Assembly (NCBI GenBank): GCA_937625935.1 | Contig: OW569349.1 | Location: 62,001 to 126,000, forward strand | Reading direction: 5' to 3' | DNA length: 64,000 bases | Source: Tetramitus jugosus | Taxonomy: Eukaryota > Protista > Heterolobosea | Shown: positions 21,094 through 33,090 of the stretch, piece after piece | Numbering within the stretch: position 1 is the stretch's first letter | How the letters are laid out: each line of letters starts with the position of its first letter | Translations under genes and position numbers: made by a program | The notes under the pieces: model-generated | The model's database searches: none | What the model was told of the DNA's origin: nothing | The model's input: only the letters and a program-made list of their open reading frames with translations

Positions 21094-23733
21094 ATGAACT
21101 CGACCAACAACAACAATAAAACGAGCTACAATGGTGGTAGTCTCAATGGCTCTGTCCCTAGAATTGAATCCTCTGACCTATTGCGACCAAACTCCTCTTC
21201 TGCCCATGAATCGTCAGTAAAACCAATGGGTCATAATCTCAACAATCTTCTCCAACCGCCGCGGTTGGTCTCGACCAGTGATAATCCACCGAGTAACATC
21301 AATAGTAACACGCCAAACGACATACCTAACACACAGAACAACGAAAACACTACTGCAATAGGACCGGTAAACTACAGACCAGGATACTCGATTCCAACGG
21401 TTGACTTGAGTGGACTAACGGCATTCATTGATGGTTGTTCCTCTGGGATTAGAAATGGATTCAATAATGTTTTCAGTGGAATCGGTGGAAGTTTTATGGG
21501 CATGACTCTGAGGTCTAGTCAACTCATTCAAGGGTTTCAAAGTTTTGCAAATGGCATACACAACGTTACTTCACAGCATGGACTTTCTAATCTATTGTTC
21601 AACCCAAGCTACGACAAACAGAATGACGATTATTCTATGTTTGAAAACTTTTTGATCACGGGTTCCAATTACACAAGCGTTGAATATTACAGTCAGGATC
21701 CCTTTGAGAAGTTAAAGTTCAAAGTTACGATTCGTCCTGTAAGAACTTCAATCCAAATTAAAACCAAAACTACGCGACCACAGGGTGAAGAAGATGAAAT
21801 CACAAGTTCTAGTGAGCTCGATGATGAGGAGAAAGAATGTTCGTTTGTGTTTGGATGGCAACAAAAGGTGTTCAGTCCTCGAGAGCTGGTGAAATACTAT
21901 CTAACTACAGATCCAGAAACAGTGAGAGAGCAGCAATATAGAAGAGAAGTAAAACGCCTGGCGGAGGAATTCGAAGGAGTTACGAACAATTTCGCACAAT
22001 TAAGCCCTTATGCACAAGTCAACAAACAGCTCACAGGCTTTATCACGTATCAACAATCGAAACAGAATGACCAAGAACAAGGTAAAGAAAAGATTAAGCG
22101 TAGAGAATTAGGAAAGATTGAAGAACAATCGAACACCGAGCATAGTTCCGAAGAACCGAAAGAGGAAAATCCTCAATCCAAAGAAATTGCCCAAAGAAAC
22201 ACAGTTTGGGGAGCTAACGGCTTTAAGGACTTGCTAGCTCATCGTCTATCAACGATGACAGACTCTGATGATATAGAGGCAGAAGATATTTTAAAACCAA
22301 TTACTTGCTCTGCCCATTCAAACTATCAGATAGATTCCGATCAGCAATTAAACGACCATCATCCCTCGAGTTATAGGTTGAGAAGGAATGCTGAACGACC
22401 ACGTACTATGAGAATCATGGCCAACTTTGGAAGAGTAATAACCTCCCAAATAGATAACAGGATAGACGATTGGGAAGGGATAGAATATGTGCTATGTATC
22501 ATTAAGGTAATGCCTGATGGGAGTTTTGTAATGAAACCAGGCTTATCAATAGTTCCTAGCTCGTCTGACTACGAACTACTGGAAAGCGAGATACTTAAGA
22601 AAGCAAAGAGACAACAGGATCTCATTAAGAAAATGAATGAGAAGAAGTATGTCTTTAGAGCAAAAAATGGCCAACTTTATGAATACTCTATCAACTTGTT
22701 CAACGAGCACCATCGAGATCTAGAAATCGATAACCAGAGAAAGGAAGTCGTTCAGAAAATGAACGAACGTACCCTGATGATGCGAAGAAACTTGGTTGGA
22801 CAGGAGTTTCAAGATCCACCGAGAAATGGTAACACCAGAATACACTTGTTGGGAGAGATCGTATCAGCGACTAATTTCGAGTCTAAGATAGATGTCCGAT
22901 ATGTTGCCGATATCCCAGAAGGATACATGATGGAAGAACCGGATGGAGAACAACAACTTTGGTCTCACTCTCAAACATCGATACCCTCGAGAGATGAAAG
23001 AGGAGAAAACTTTTACAGTTTTAACCTTCCTTTTGAATTTCATATGAATGCGGCATCTGTGTACCCCGCACCCAAAATATACTTTGAAGTGATGTCTACA
23101 GACTTTTGGAATCGAAGAAGAGTCGAAGGATATGGATATCTAAATGTCCCATCCACTCCTGGCGACTACTCCTTCGAAGTTTCCACATGGAAACCGTCTG
23201 GATCTATCAGAGATAATCTCAGAAGTTACTTCATTGGAGGATCTGCCGAGTTGTCTGATATTTCATACACTGCGGTGCCTAAAAATTTAAAGGATACCTT
23301 CTTAAACAAATTTGGATACGTAACGGAATCAGGAGGGTCAATCCAAATCAAAATACGAGTGATAACACAGTCCGTTCATCCGCGTAAACTATGGCAGTTT
23401 CGTGACTTTGAAGCTTCTCCTGAGTTAGTGGAGAAAACGATGGATCTGGCAATGACTCTCCAAAGTGAAGAACCCCAGAATGAATCTGTGCACGAGCTTT
23501 ATCCAGAACAAGCTAATTCTAACTTTATGGAAGATTATTCATCAAGACTCAGCATTCGAAGACCAAGTGAACATTTGAATGACTTAATTGACGAGGAGGA
23601 TATCCAACAAGATGTCCCAACAATCCCTTCGAAAACAGTGACCGAGGAGGATCAGCCAGCAGAAGAGCGAGTGTACAAGACAACAACATCTCAGGTCAGA
23701 TCAAGACGGAGAAGGCTAAAAACAGGAGACTAA
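21094..23733 (+). CDS. MKS1: MKS1-like ciliary transition-zone B9-C2 protein with long N-terminal extension
   Basis: YYSQDP, WQQKVFS, GEIVSATNF, FEVMSTDFWNRRRVEGYGY, WKP, LRSYFIGGSAEL. Confidence 0.82.
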   Translation: MNSTNNNNKTSYNGGSLNGSVPRIESSDLLRPNSSSAHESSVKPMGHNLNNLLQPPRLVSTSDNPPSNINSNTPNDIPNTQNNENTTAIGPVNYRPGYSIPTVDLSGLTAFIDGCSSGIRNGFNNVFSGIGGSFMGMTLRSSQLIQGFQSFANGIHNVTSQHGLSNLLFNPSYDKQNDDYSMFENFLITGSNYTSVEYYSQDPFEKLKFKVTIRPVRTSIQIKTKTTRPQGEEDEITSSSELDDEEKECSFVFGWQQKVFSPRELVKYYLTTDPETVREQQYRREVKRLAEEFEGVTNNFAQLSPYAQVNKQLTGFITYQQSKQNDQEQGKEKIKRRELGKIEEQSNTEHSSEEPKEENPQSKEIAQRNTVWGANGFKDLLAHRLSTMTDSDDIEAEDILKPITCSAHSNYQIDSDQQLNDHHPSSYRLRRNAERPRTMRIMANFGRVITSQIDNRIDDWEGIEYVLCIIKVMPDGSFVMKPGLSIVPSSSDYELLESEILKKAKRQQDLIKKMNEKKYVFRAKNGQLYEYSINLFNEHHRDLEIDNQRKEVVQKMNERTLMMRRNLVGQEFQDPPRNGNTRIHLLGEIVSATNFESKIDVRYVADIPEGYMMEEPDGEQQLWSHSQTSIPSRDERGENFYSFNLPFEFHMNAASVYPAPKIYFEVMSTDFWNRRRVEGYGYLNVPSTPGDYSFEVSTWKPSGSIRDNLRSYFIGGSAELSDISYTAVPKNLKDTFLNKFGYVTESGGSIQIKIRVITQSVHPRKLWQFRDFEASPELVEKTMDLAMTLQSEEPQNESVHELYPEQANSNFMEDYSSRLSIRRPSEHLNDLIDEEDIQQDVPTIPSKTVTEEDQPAEERVYKTTTSQVRSRRRRLKTGD

Positions 23734-23749
23734 TTACATTGAATGTGCA

Positions 23750-26700
23750 CTATGTATTGGTATTGTGTTTGGTCTTGCTAGCTAGTCCATCATTGAACTT
23801 CTTCATTTGATCTAAGAGATCAGCTACTGCCAGAACCGAATTGGAACCGGAGCCCACGTCATGCATGGGAACAACCACAGTTCGAGGACTAACGTGTCTT
23901 CTTTGCATTTGGACAGTTAAGAACTGAGAACTCAATCTGAGCATATCCTTTTCAATGATTTTGACCTTTTGTAAAATCGAGTTGATTCCGTCAGTTTTCA
24001 CTAACTCTATCTGCTCTGTGAGTTGTGATTGACGCTCTGTAATCTCCCTCATGAAACTGTTCGTAACGGATGAATTGTCTGACGATATGATACCCTCTAG
24101 TATCTTTGACAGACCCTGGAGATGATATTTGGATTCTTCAATTTGAGACAACCTTAAACGAACGTCATTCACAATCTTCTCTTGCAACTCCTCCAAGTTA
24201 TAACCCAAGATGTTCATGAAATTAGATTGATGAATTGGTCTTTGTCCCACATCCAAAAACTCGCGGCCCTTGAATTTCTCTGGAATGATTAGAAGAACCT
24301 TCTCTGGTTCTTGGAATCCATCAATCATTGTCTCTCCTAAATCTTGCACCAGTGTTCTCACTCTTGGTTCTTCTGGCTGACTAAAAATCTGGAGATCTTT
24401 CTCTGATTGTAATGATGACCACGAATCCATTGTGATCAACGTTTGTCCACCATGTGCATATCTTGCCAAACTTGTTGCGCGCTTCACTGTTGCCAACAAT
24501 GTTTTGGAGCTGTGACGTGTGTCTATCGCCATACGACATCTCAACCCTCGGTACAAGTAAACATCACAGAAGCCATCAGATGTCTTACGAGGTGTTAAAT
24601 GAGACTGGGACATTCCATCCAACTTTAGAAGAGTTTCTGGCCAGTCCACTTCAACCAATTTCAAATGAACCATGAGTGAGAATCGAACTGCTTGCTTTGT
24701 TGTTTCGAAACCACAAATAATGGTATCGCTGATGGATGTGACCTTATTGAGGGAGGAAATTGCCTCACCCTTGATCGTTTCTGATAAATATTCCTCTTCC
24801 GTCGCTTTTTGATCAATCAGACTCACTCGATTGAATGCTTGTTTCTTATTCACGCGGAATCCAGTGAGCTCCACTCCTCCACACTGCTTTAAACAGTCTC
24901 TAATTGTTTGATAGTACATCTCCAAGCTAGATACCATATCTTCTTGATTGCCAGACAGACCAAGGTCATATAATTGATTGCTGTCCTGCATATCACAGAA
25001 AGCAATCGTTTTGAATACATCAGTCGCACAATGGTCATCCAACAATGGTACCATATGCTCCAGTGCCTCCTGTCTGCAAATACCAAACTTCTCTGCCCCG
25101 ATAATATCCACAATCTCGTACAGTTGCTCCAATTTTGATTCACTGGCAACTAAACTGTCTTTTAGTTGATCAATGCGCTCTGACAACTCTCCCTTCATTT
25201 GTACAAGGTGTTGAATGAGTCGTTCGGCCTCACTCTTCTCAAACGCGTCATTCAAATCCCTGACCAACTCCACATCATCAATACTGTACGTGCTATTGAC
25301 GCGCTGCACACTGGTTCCATTCCAAAAATCACTCGTCGATCGATCACAGAATGTGGATGGAGTGGCGCGAGGAATCGTAAAGTTGGTCGACGGTGTTGAC
25401 ACACCAGTGAGAGCAGCTGCAGTCGATGGACTGAGAATAAAGCTATCTTCAATGGTTGATCTCCATCCGTCATTCTTCTTTTGCTTCACGACACGGGTGG
25501 ATACTTGAGCACTGGATGCACTCGTTAAAAACGTGGGCAATAGCACCTGAGCGTCCTCCTTGATCACAAAATACGTATTCAAGTGCTTTCTCGTTGCCAA
25601 CAAGGCTTGTTGCTTCAATCTCTCTTGTTCGGGATCATAAATCCACATGCTGTCAACACTGACTCGCAATTTGGCCAACTGGGGAGCTGGAGGAAGCACC
25701 AATTGTGCATCTCCACCACTACTAGTCTCACTTGCATGCAAATGGCCAGTTGTGGACACTGGAAGTTCCACAGGAAAGAGTACAGTACGCTTCAATGATG
25801 CACCTGATTGAATGTACTGATGAATGGCATGCTGTGGCGTAGAATGATAAATGGGACTCTGTTTTTCGAGCTCAATATGTGCATTGGGAGAGAAACTGGT
25901 CGTAAACTCAATCAAATTGGTCACAATGGTTGATATCAATTGGCCATTGTCAGTCGATGAAGGCTATTAAGATATTTTATCAATTGTTGGGTGTCAGTTA
26001 ATAATACAAGGTGTCAAAAAAAGGCGCCAAAAAATTTACGCGCGAAACATCTCAAAGCGGGATTATGTGATGATCAAGAATAGATTGAAATGGACATACG
26101 TTGTGAACATAGAGCTCCAATTGTAACAAGTAATCCTCCAATGGACAAGCATGTATATTCTGAAGTGCATACAAATTCCACTTCAAATGACCCAAAAACT
26201 CTATTCGTTCATTGAATGGCACAATTGCACGCTCTTGTTGAGCAAGCTCTCTTGTGATGATGGATAAGCCATGAGGATTCGATTGTTGCTGTTGTTCTTC
26301 ATTTTGACTACCATTATTGTTGTTGTTCGCAACAGGAAATGACATGTATTGTCTATAGTATTGATCAATGAATTGATAATCGTTTTTCAAGTCCATCCAC
26401 TCTTCTTCATTCATTGAGTTGTTGTTATTGTTTGAATTTTTGTTATCTTGTTGTTGTTGTTGTTGTTGTTCTTGTTCATCATCGTCATCATCATCATTGA
26501 TTGAATTTTGTTGTTGTTGTTGTTGATTGTGTACAGTGAGGTTGGTTGGTGATACTTTTTTGGTACTGCCTTGATAGTCGATTGACAATTGTGTAGATGT
26601 CGATGATGATGATGATGCACTATTGTTGGTTGATTGCTGTTGTTGTTGATGATGGTGGTCATTCTGCTGATTCATACGAATCAAATTTTTCAAACTTCGA

Positions 26701-27110
26701 TTGTTGATTGAATTTTTTCTCTTTTTGAGATTGGCTTGCTGTTGCTGTTCACTTTCATTCGTACTAGTGGTCGTAGCAGTAGCAGTATTACTACTACTTT
26801 GATTATTATTGGCGTTGAGAAAGGGTGATGAAGAAGAAGACAATGGTCTAAAAACTTTCCATTGAATACTGTACTGCTGTTGCTGTTTCTGTTGTTGTGA
26901 TTCGGCGACATCATCCATTGTAAAGTCCTCTAGTGACTCTAATTGAATTTGAAAGAGACACTTTAGTTCATCACCACCATTATTTCCGTTATTACCCACA
27001 CTACTACTACTATTATTGTTGTTCGCTGTGAGAGATTGCTGGTGATGATGATGTTGCATGAAATGATTCATTAGATTTCTGGGTGTAATGGACGCAAGAG
27101 TGGACGTCAT
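23750..27110 (-). CDS. NT-type C2 domain plus degenerate class III nucleotide cyclase domain and coiled coils; intron 25964-26099
   Basis: In-frame join HN|PSS; C2-like strands (FQIQL, IQWK, FNERIEF, NLIEF); cyclase signatures IAFCDMQDSNQLY, WPETLL, YRGLRCRMAI, AHGGQTLIT. Confidence 0.72.
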
Positions 27111-27903
27111 CTCTCTGTAAAGTACTATCGATTGATGATTATGTTTTGTGTTGTTTATGTTTTGTGTCTATCGAGTTGTTGTTCCCTGTCTCTTCCCTTT
27201 AAAAAGTTCTTGTTTTTTATTTATCAATTGATTTTGATGTTGTTTTGGGCCTGTGTTTCGAATCGCCTCTTTTTTTTCCACTTGGTGGTGATGGCTGTTG
27301 ACATGTGACGGGGGCTATTCTCCTTCATGATAATTTATTTATAAAGATAAGAAGGCGAAGATTTCTTTGTAGATTTGGAGGTTGAGAGGAAGTTGGAGGT
27401 TTGTTGTTGGTAAAAACTTTTTATGTTGATACCTCCACGCACAAAATGTACTGGATGCAGCTTCTGACCTCGAGAGCACCAATCCGATTCCCATGAATGC
27501 ATACACAACAAAGTGCAGGGGATTAGCTTTAGTTAATTTGAGACATGATAATAGAAACATTGTTTCTTTCGCTTACGACCATAACCAGAATTTCCACTCC
27601 CAGTTCATCCTCCCCACGGAACGAAATCGCGAATATCTTTCCCAGCTCCAATCATTAAGCACCGACATCACTCGATTATCTCACAGTTGATGATAATTAT
27701 CCTGTAAAATCGAGTCCTCGCATCATTTCATCCGTCCGGAAACTGCGTGAATTGACATATTTGAGGCAATTGTTTCCGGGCAAATCTGACCCTCGTTCCA
27801 CAAAAGGAGCTGTGCCATCGCTCAACAAAACTAGTAGTAAAGCCTCTTATTGGCATCATCAAACAAACGAACGTAACTGGACCAACGCGAACCTACACCT
27901 CCA

Positions 27904-29073
27904 ATGAAATCTAGTACCAATGCACCCTCACAACAAGCTCAGAAAACGCTCTCTTCTGTGAGCAACAACAGCGCCTCAAGTCCTCCAATCGATATGGCAC
28001 AGCAACAACATCACCTAGCAGATACCCAAGTGGGCACTCAACCACAACGACTTGGAACAACAACAGCAGAATGTGGTCCCTCTGACAAACGCTTCTATTC
28101 ATTCTTCTCTTTCAGAGAAAACAGAAAAGAAGGTTCACTTCAACAACAGCAGCAACAATCTCTGAACTACCCGCCTCGTTCGTACGACAATACCTCAACT
28201 TCCTTCATTGCTGACCAACAAAACGGAGACGCAACACCACACTCCAACAACACTGCCCCTCCACGGTTTCTCATTCACAACCACTCTCCCCCTTCATCGA
28301 CGACTGTTGCTGCTGTTTCTTCTCCTTCTTCCTCTGTTGCATCTCGTCAGAACAGCAGCATCAGCAACCAAAATGAAGACCAATTGTCAACCAAGCGAGC
28401 AGGTATTGGTTTTGCTTCTCATTGGAAGATCACCAAGCAACAACGATCAACTAGAACGAGGCGGTCCAAGAATACGACGAGGCTTCCTCCCAGCAACGAC
28501 AACTTTATCCACTACGACATGAGCAACATTTCGAACAACAATACCAGCAGTAATCACTTCAAGGGCGTAGAAGGAAACAACACTAGGAGTAATCCTTCGC
28601 TCTACAACAATAGGATAACAGGAGGAGTAGACGGCGACTCTGTCTCAACAACTACAACATCGACACATTCCCCTGTCGTTGAGCATTCTTCGACACCAAA
28701 TAACACCCAAGGATATCAATCACAGCAGCAGCAGCATGAATCTCAACAGGGTTACATTTATGCTGCAAAAGATCGCTCAAACCCAACATTGAATTCTCCA
28801 CAACAACAGCAAGACCCTTCTCTTGTGCAAAGCCCTTCCCCCACATCATCAACGACGACGTTCAGTGAAGACGAGTTGTATCAGCGAATGTACGAGGAGT
28901 GTTTTCGGAAGCTGGACTCGACTAATTCATTTCACAACATCAGCTATGCAGTCTCTGACACAACAACTTCAAGCACAACAACAACCACTGATACCGTCTC
29001 CGCACCTTCTTTCGTCGCGAGTAAATCGAGAAGAGAACGAACTCAGTTGAAAATAAAGGATTTGCTAAGTTGA
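27904..29073 (+). CDS. Low-complexity S/T/Q/N-rich protein with C-terminal LKIKDLLS motif
   Basis: 389 aa ORF with disordered composition and short hydrophobic terminal motif. Confidence 0.6.
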   Translation: MKSSTNAPSQQAQKTLSSVSNNSASSPPIDMAQQQHHLADTQVGTQPQRLGTTTAECGPSDKRFYSFFSFRENRKEGSLQQQQQQSLNYPPRSYDNTSTSFIADQQNGDATPHSNNTAPPRFLIHNHSPPSSTTVAAVSSPSSSVASRQNSSISNQNEDQLSTKRAGIGFASHWKITKQQRSTRTRRSKNTTRLPPSNDNFIHYDMSNISNNNTSSNHFKGVEGNNTRSNPSLYNNRITGGVDGDSVSTTTTSTHSPVVEHSSTPNNTQGYQSQQQQHESQQGYIYAAKDRSNPTLNSPQQQQDPSLVQSPSPTSSTTTFSEDELYQRMYEECFRKLDSTNSFHNISYAVSDTTTSSTTTTTDTVSAPSFVASKSRRERTQLKIKDLLS

Positions 29074-29149
29074 TGACAGGTGCGAGCAGTCAAGCCTCTG
29101 AACATTTAGGAAACAACAACAAGTCATTATTTGTGCAAAAGCAATCATT

Positions 29150-31024
29150 TTACTGTGCTAACTGCTGTTGCTGTTGCTGTTCATTACGACGAGACTTGTA
29201 GAGTTTCCACATGTGCTCCATTGCTCTCACTGCCGCTTGGTTCTCTGCCACTTGAATTGTTGGTGATGGTAATCGAGTGGAAATGATTGTGCTATTCAAG
29301 TATGGAAGAGTGACACTTGCCTTGAATCCTTCACTGCACTGTTCCAACTCAAATGCAGGCATGTCCTGGACGTTGTGCAAAAACTGTTGGCACCAACTGA
29401 GCAGAACATTCTTTGGTGACTGATCTGGAGGTACAGGCAAGTCAGGAGGTTGAGGGAACGATAGAGCAATCGGTGGTGACGGCGAAGTGCCAGGAACAGG
29501 AGGTTGAAATGATGGTGGAGGTGGTCCTCTTGGGTCCAACATGTTGCTCGAGTGATAGTGAGTCAATGCTCTTGCGCCATGCATGGGAGATGATGGAACA
29601 TGAGAAGGCATCGGAGGAGGCTTGATAGAAACAGGTGTCAAATGACTCCCTGGTGGTTGAAAGAGAGATGTGGCTGGATGAGGTGACTGATCATCTGACG
29701 ATCCCAATGTCTTCTTGGGTATCCTGACATTCAACAGAGAAGTGCTTCCAGTGCTGCTAGTACTGCCCGTTGGAGGTACAATAGGTTTCTCTGCAACATC
29801 AGATTTTGGTTGAATCGCACTGCCTCTCACATCTTCAATGCTCACTTGCATGTTTGGTGTGTCTAACAATGATGATGAAGACAATAATGGTGCATCCATT
29901 GGCCAATCCAGGAGGAACGACTGAAGATATTTGAACATTTTTGTCTTCTCAGCAGCCAACTTTCTTCTCTTTTGTAAATTGGATGAATCAGATTCTTCTT
30001 CACTGACAGGTCTTCTTCTCTTTCGACGTTCATTCTTTTGTTTTCGAATCTCTGTGGATGCGTCGTCATTCTCATCACTCTCATCTTCACTCACCTCATC
30101 ATCGTCGTCCTCTTCCCCAAACATTTCATCTTCACTCTTGAATCGCACCGATCGCTTCTGCATCTTCTTGTTTGACGCATCTATTGACTCACTTGTCTTC
30201 AATATCTTTCTTCGCTTCTTCTTGCTCTGTTGTTGTTCATCATCAGTATCATCATCATCACCGTTCTGTTCCTTCTTCTTCTTCTTCTTGCTCTTGTTCT
30301 TGTTTGTTGTTGAACTTGAATCACTCTCTGATTTTTCATCGTCATAAATAATGGAATCGCTCGTGTCCTCATCCGTGGAAGTTGAACGATCACTGCTTGC
30401 TTGCTTTCTCTTGTTATTGTTTTTGTTATTCTCTGTTGTTTGATTGTTCATCTTGTTGTTGTCATCAGTGATTGCAGTACGTTTCCGAACCAGTCTCTTC
30501 ACGACAGCCGTATCACCACCACTGCTCTTGTTTCTACTATCACCTCCAGCACCGCCACCACTGTTTGTTTCACTCTGATTCATATGATTGTTGACCTTTG
30601 GACTCATCATGCATTGAGGATCAATCGCTGCAGCAGCCATCGTCATACTACTAGGAATATGATGACAGTAATGATGATGAAGAATTTCTGAATAGTGTTG
30701 CTGTTGTTGATGATTCAAATAAATGATAATCAATTGTTTCAACAACTGTTCTGCTGCGATCAGTAGTTGCATGTCATCATCATCATCATCACCAGTAACA
30801 CAAGTATTTATCATCATCATCAATGAACATGACGAAGAATTTACGCATGATAAAATTTCACCACCGCCAACATGCTCAAAGGACATTGGATGACCGTCAT
30901 GGTTAATTGAGTGAAAATTCGACGACCCCGATGAACAATTTTGTTGAAGGTGTTGGATGCGACATGAAGGATAAAGTTTCAGTTTTTTCTGCTTCTTCTT
31001 CTTCTCATTGGAGAGATCATGCAT
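29150..31024 (-). CDS. Protein with NLS-like basic/acidic region, Pro-rich linker and C-terminal dsRNA-binding domain (start uncertain)
   Basis: PKNVLLSWCQ...PAF...FKASVTL...AENQAAVRAM matches the DSRM pattern. Confidence 0.7.
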   Translation of the reverse strand: MHDLSNEKKKKQKKLKLYPSCRIQHLQQNCSSGSSNFHSINHDGHPMSFEHVGGGEILSCVNSSSCSLMMMINTCVTGDDDDDDMQLLIAAEQLLKQLIIIYLNHQQQQHYSEILHHHYCHHIPSSMTMAAAAIDPQCMMSPKVNNHMNQSETNSGGGAGGDSRNKSSGGDTAVVKRLVRKRTAITDDNNKMNNQTTENNKNNNKRKQASSDRSTSTDEDTSDSIIYDDEKSESDSSSTTNKNKSKKKKKKEQNGDDDDTDDEQQQSKKKRRKILKTSESIDASNKKMQKRSVRFKSEDEMFGEEDDDDEVSEDESDENDDASTEIRKQKNERRKRRRPVSEEESDSSNLQKRRKLAAEKTKMFKYLQSFLLDWPMDAPLLSSSSLLDTPNMQVSIEDVRGSAIQPKSDVAEKPIVPPTGSTSSTGSTSLLNVRIPKKTLGSSDDQSPHPATSLFQPPGSHLTPVSIKPPPMPSHVPSSPMHGARALTHYHSSNMLDPRGPPPPSFQPPVPGTSPSPPIALSFPQPPDLPVPPDQSPKNVLLSWCQQFLHNVQDMPAFELEQCSEGFKASVTLPYLNSTIISTRLPSPTIQVAENQAAVRAMEHMWKLYKSRRNEQQQQQQLAQ

Positions 31025-31506
31025 TTTTTCTGTGAGTGTATTGTGCGAGCGACTTGTGTCGTGATAAATGTAATGATCTTGGTTCGTCGGAGAATGGCAA
31101 CAGCGGAATAAATAGTAGCTGATCAGTCGTAGTGGGGAGATATCGCGTTGGTGCGGGTCTATCTTTGAATTCTAGGTCATTTATGGTAGAAACAAAAAGA
31201 TCTCTTCCTTTGTCCATGTGACGTGTATACCATTGAAATAGAGTCACGACTATTGCTGTTATTGTTGCTAGCGAAGATCCCTGCGTAACTGCTGGCGCGA
31301 ATCGATCGTTGTAAACGATGATTTGTCACACATCAAAAAAAACTATCGCCTGTAAATGTGGACAGGTGCTGATCAGCACCATGTAAGTTTCCTTTGTACG
31401 TCAAGTATTATTAACTTCCCCCTCCTCACAGAGAGAAGAATAAAACGCACACAAAACTCACAATAACTGGACGTTATAACTCTACACACATAAAACAGCA
31501 GCAACA

Positions 31507-32055
31507 ATGAGTCAATTCAATAAATTGAACGGAGATCAACAAGAACAAATCAAGCAAGCCTTCGAAATTTGTGACGCAGATGGTAACAAACATATTGACT
31601 TGCAAGAATTGAAGGAAGTCTTGAAGGCATTGGGCATGGTACGTATATCCTATCTATCATCATAGCATATCATTCTATTTGTATAGATTGTTGAGATAGA
31701 ACGCACATGTTGTGATCCTGGCTTTTGCTGTTGTTGCGAATCCTCTCTTGTGTGAGAGAGATTTTTTAGAATACTCTACAACAATCAGAAGAGCAGCAGC
31801 AGTTGAAGCATACATGTTTTGTTTCTTTCCATGACTTTATGAACAGCAAAATCTCACTCCTTGTCCATGTTCTTCTTCTGATCAAATATGATCATCATTC
31901 TCCATTATATCTATTCTACTATTCCTATTGTGTAGGAGGGCACTGAACAACAAGCCAAGGACTTGATGAAGGATATTGATCTCGATGGCAATGGTAACAT
32001 TAGCTTTGATGAGTTCAAGGAGGCAATGGCCGGTTGGTGGTTGGGCGGAAACTAA
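31507..32055 (+). CDS. 83-aa two-EF-hand calcium-binding protein; intron 31639-31935 (not in ORF track)
   Basis: Exon 1 DADGNKHIDLQE and exon 2 DLDGNGNISFDE EF loops; GTACGT...TAG intron in phase 0. Confidence 0.92.
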
Positions 32056-32268
32056 GCTGCTTAGCTCTCCAAATTAGACCTCCTTTTTGTCTCACTCTGA
32101 GACCTGTCCGGTAGTGCACAGGATAAAAAAACAGTTTGGACGAATCTCTCTCTCTCATGACCAATGATTAAACACTTGTACAACAACAACAACAACAGAA
32201 CAACAAGTGCAAATGATGCACATTATTCTTTTTCTGCACATGGACTGTCTTGTCTTCTTCGTTTGACC

Positions 32269-33090
32269 TTAATTGCTGTTGTTATTGGTGGCCATATTTC
32301 GATGCTTTTCCATTTGTTGCAACACAAACAGTGAATCTTTCAATTGCATGACTTCAGATCTCAACGAATGATTCTCCCTTTGCAATTGTGCAACCTTGTC
32401 CTCCAACATGAATGTTTTTGATTGTGTGAGTTGTTCTCGTCGTCGCTTTGTTGCATCATCATCAGCATCATCACTATTATCACCAATATTATCACCAATA
32501 TGACCACCAATATGACCACCAGTATCTTCACTCTCATCATCATCATCATCCATCAACAACAAGTACTTTTGAATGTCATTGTTTGATCCACCTAGTACAC
32601 GATTCATCATTTGCTTCACTTCTTCCTGATGCGCTGAATCATCATCTCCCATCATCATCATTGTCATTAAATCATCATTTACACTACTACTATTGTCAGG
32701 AAGATCTTGATTATTGATATAGGTTGATGATGAAGATTCTTGTTGTTTTAATCGAATGACATCTTCACACAATTCCTTTTCCATTTTGATTTGACTATTG
32801 AGTTGCAACAATTCATCTCTCTGTTTCACAATATACAAGTGCATGTTCTCAATGGTGAATTGTTGTTGTTTCATTTGTTCGTGTTGTTGTATGGCAATGT
32901 TTGATATGCGTTCTAGCTCAAATCGCATCTTGCGATACTCTTTGGTCATGAAAATTAATTTTTTAAAGGTTTCATCTGATGATGAGGATGACGAGGATGA
33001 TACTACAGTGGTTGGATGTTGTTGTTGTGATGAGGGACGAGAGACTTGTTTGGATAGTGAAGATTTGTTGTTGATTGTGTGGGAACTCAT
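32269..33090 (-). CDS. Coiled-coil hypothetical protein
   Basis: 273 aa ORF with heptad segments (LEDKVAQLQRENHSLRSEVMQL). Confidence 0.6.
   Translation of the reverse strand: MSSHTINNKSSLSKQVSRPSSQQQHPTTVVSSSSSSSSDETFKKLIFMTKEYRKMRFELERISNIAIQQHEQMKQQQFTIENMHLYIVKQRDELLQLNSQIKMEKELCEDVIRLKQQESSSSTYINNQDLPDNSSSVNDDLMTMMMMGDDDSAHQEEVKQMMNRVLGGSNNDIQKYLLLMDDDDDESEDTGGHIGGHIGDNIGDNSDDADDDATKRRREQLTQSKTFMLEDKVAQLQRENHSLRSEVMQLKDSLFVLQQMEKHRNMATNNNSN

Noticed and set aside
32052-32125. Small hairpins in the EF-hand 3' UTR with CTGAGA, considered as a TPP riboswitch
   Set aside because: Lacks the conserved TPP P2-P5 core; short stems could be chance
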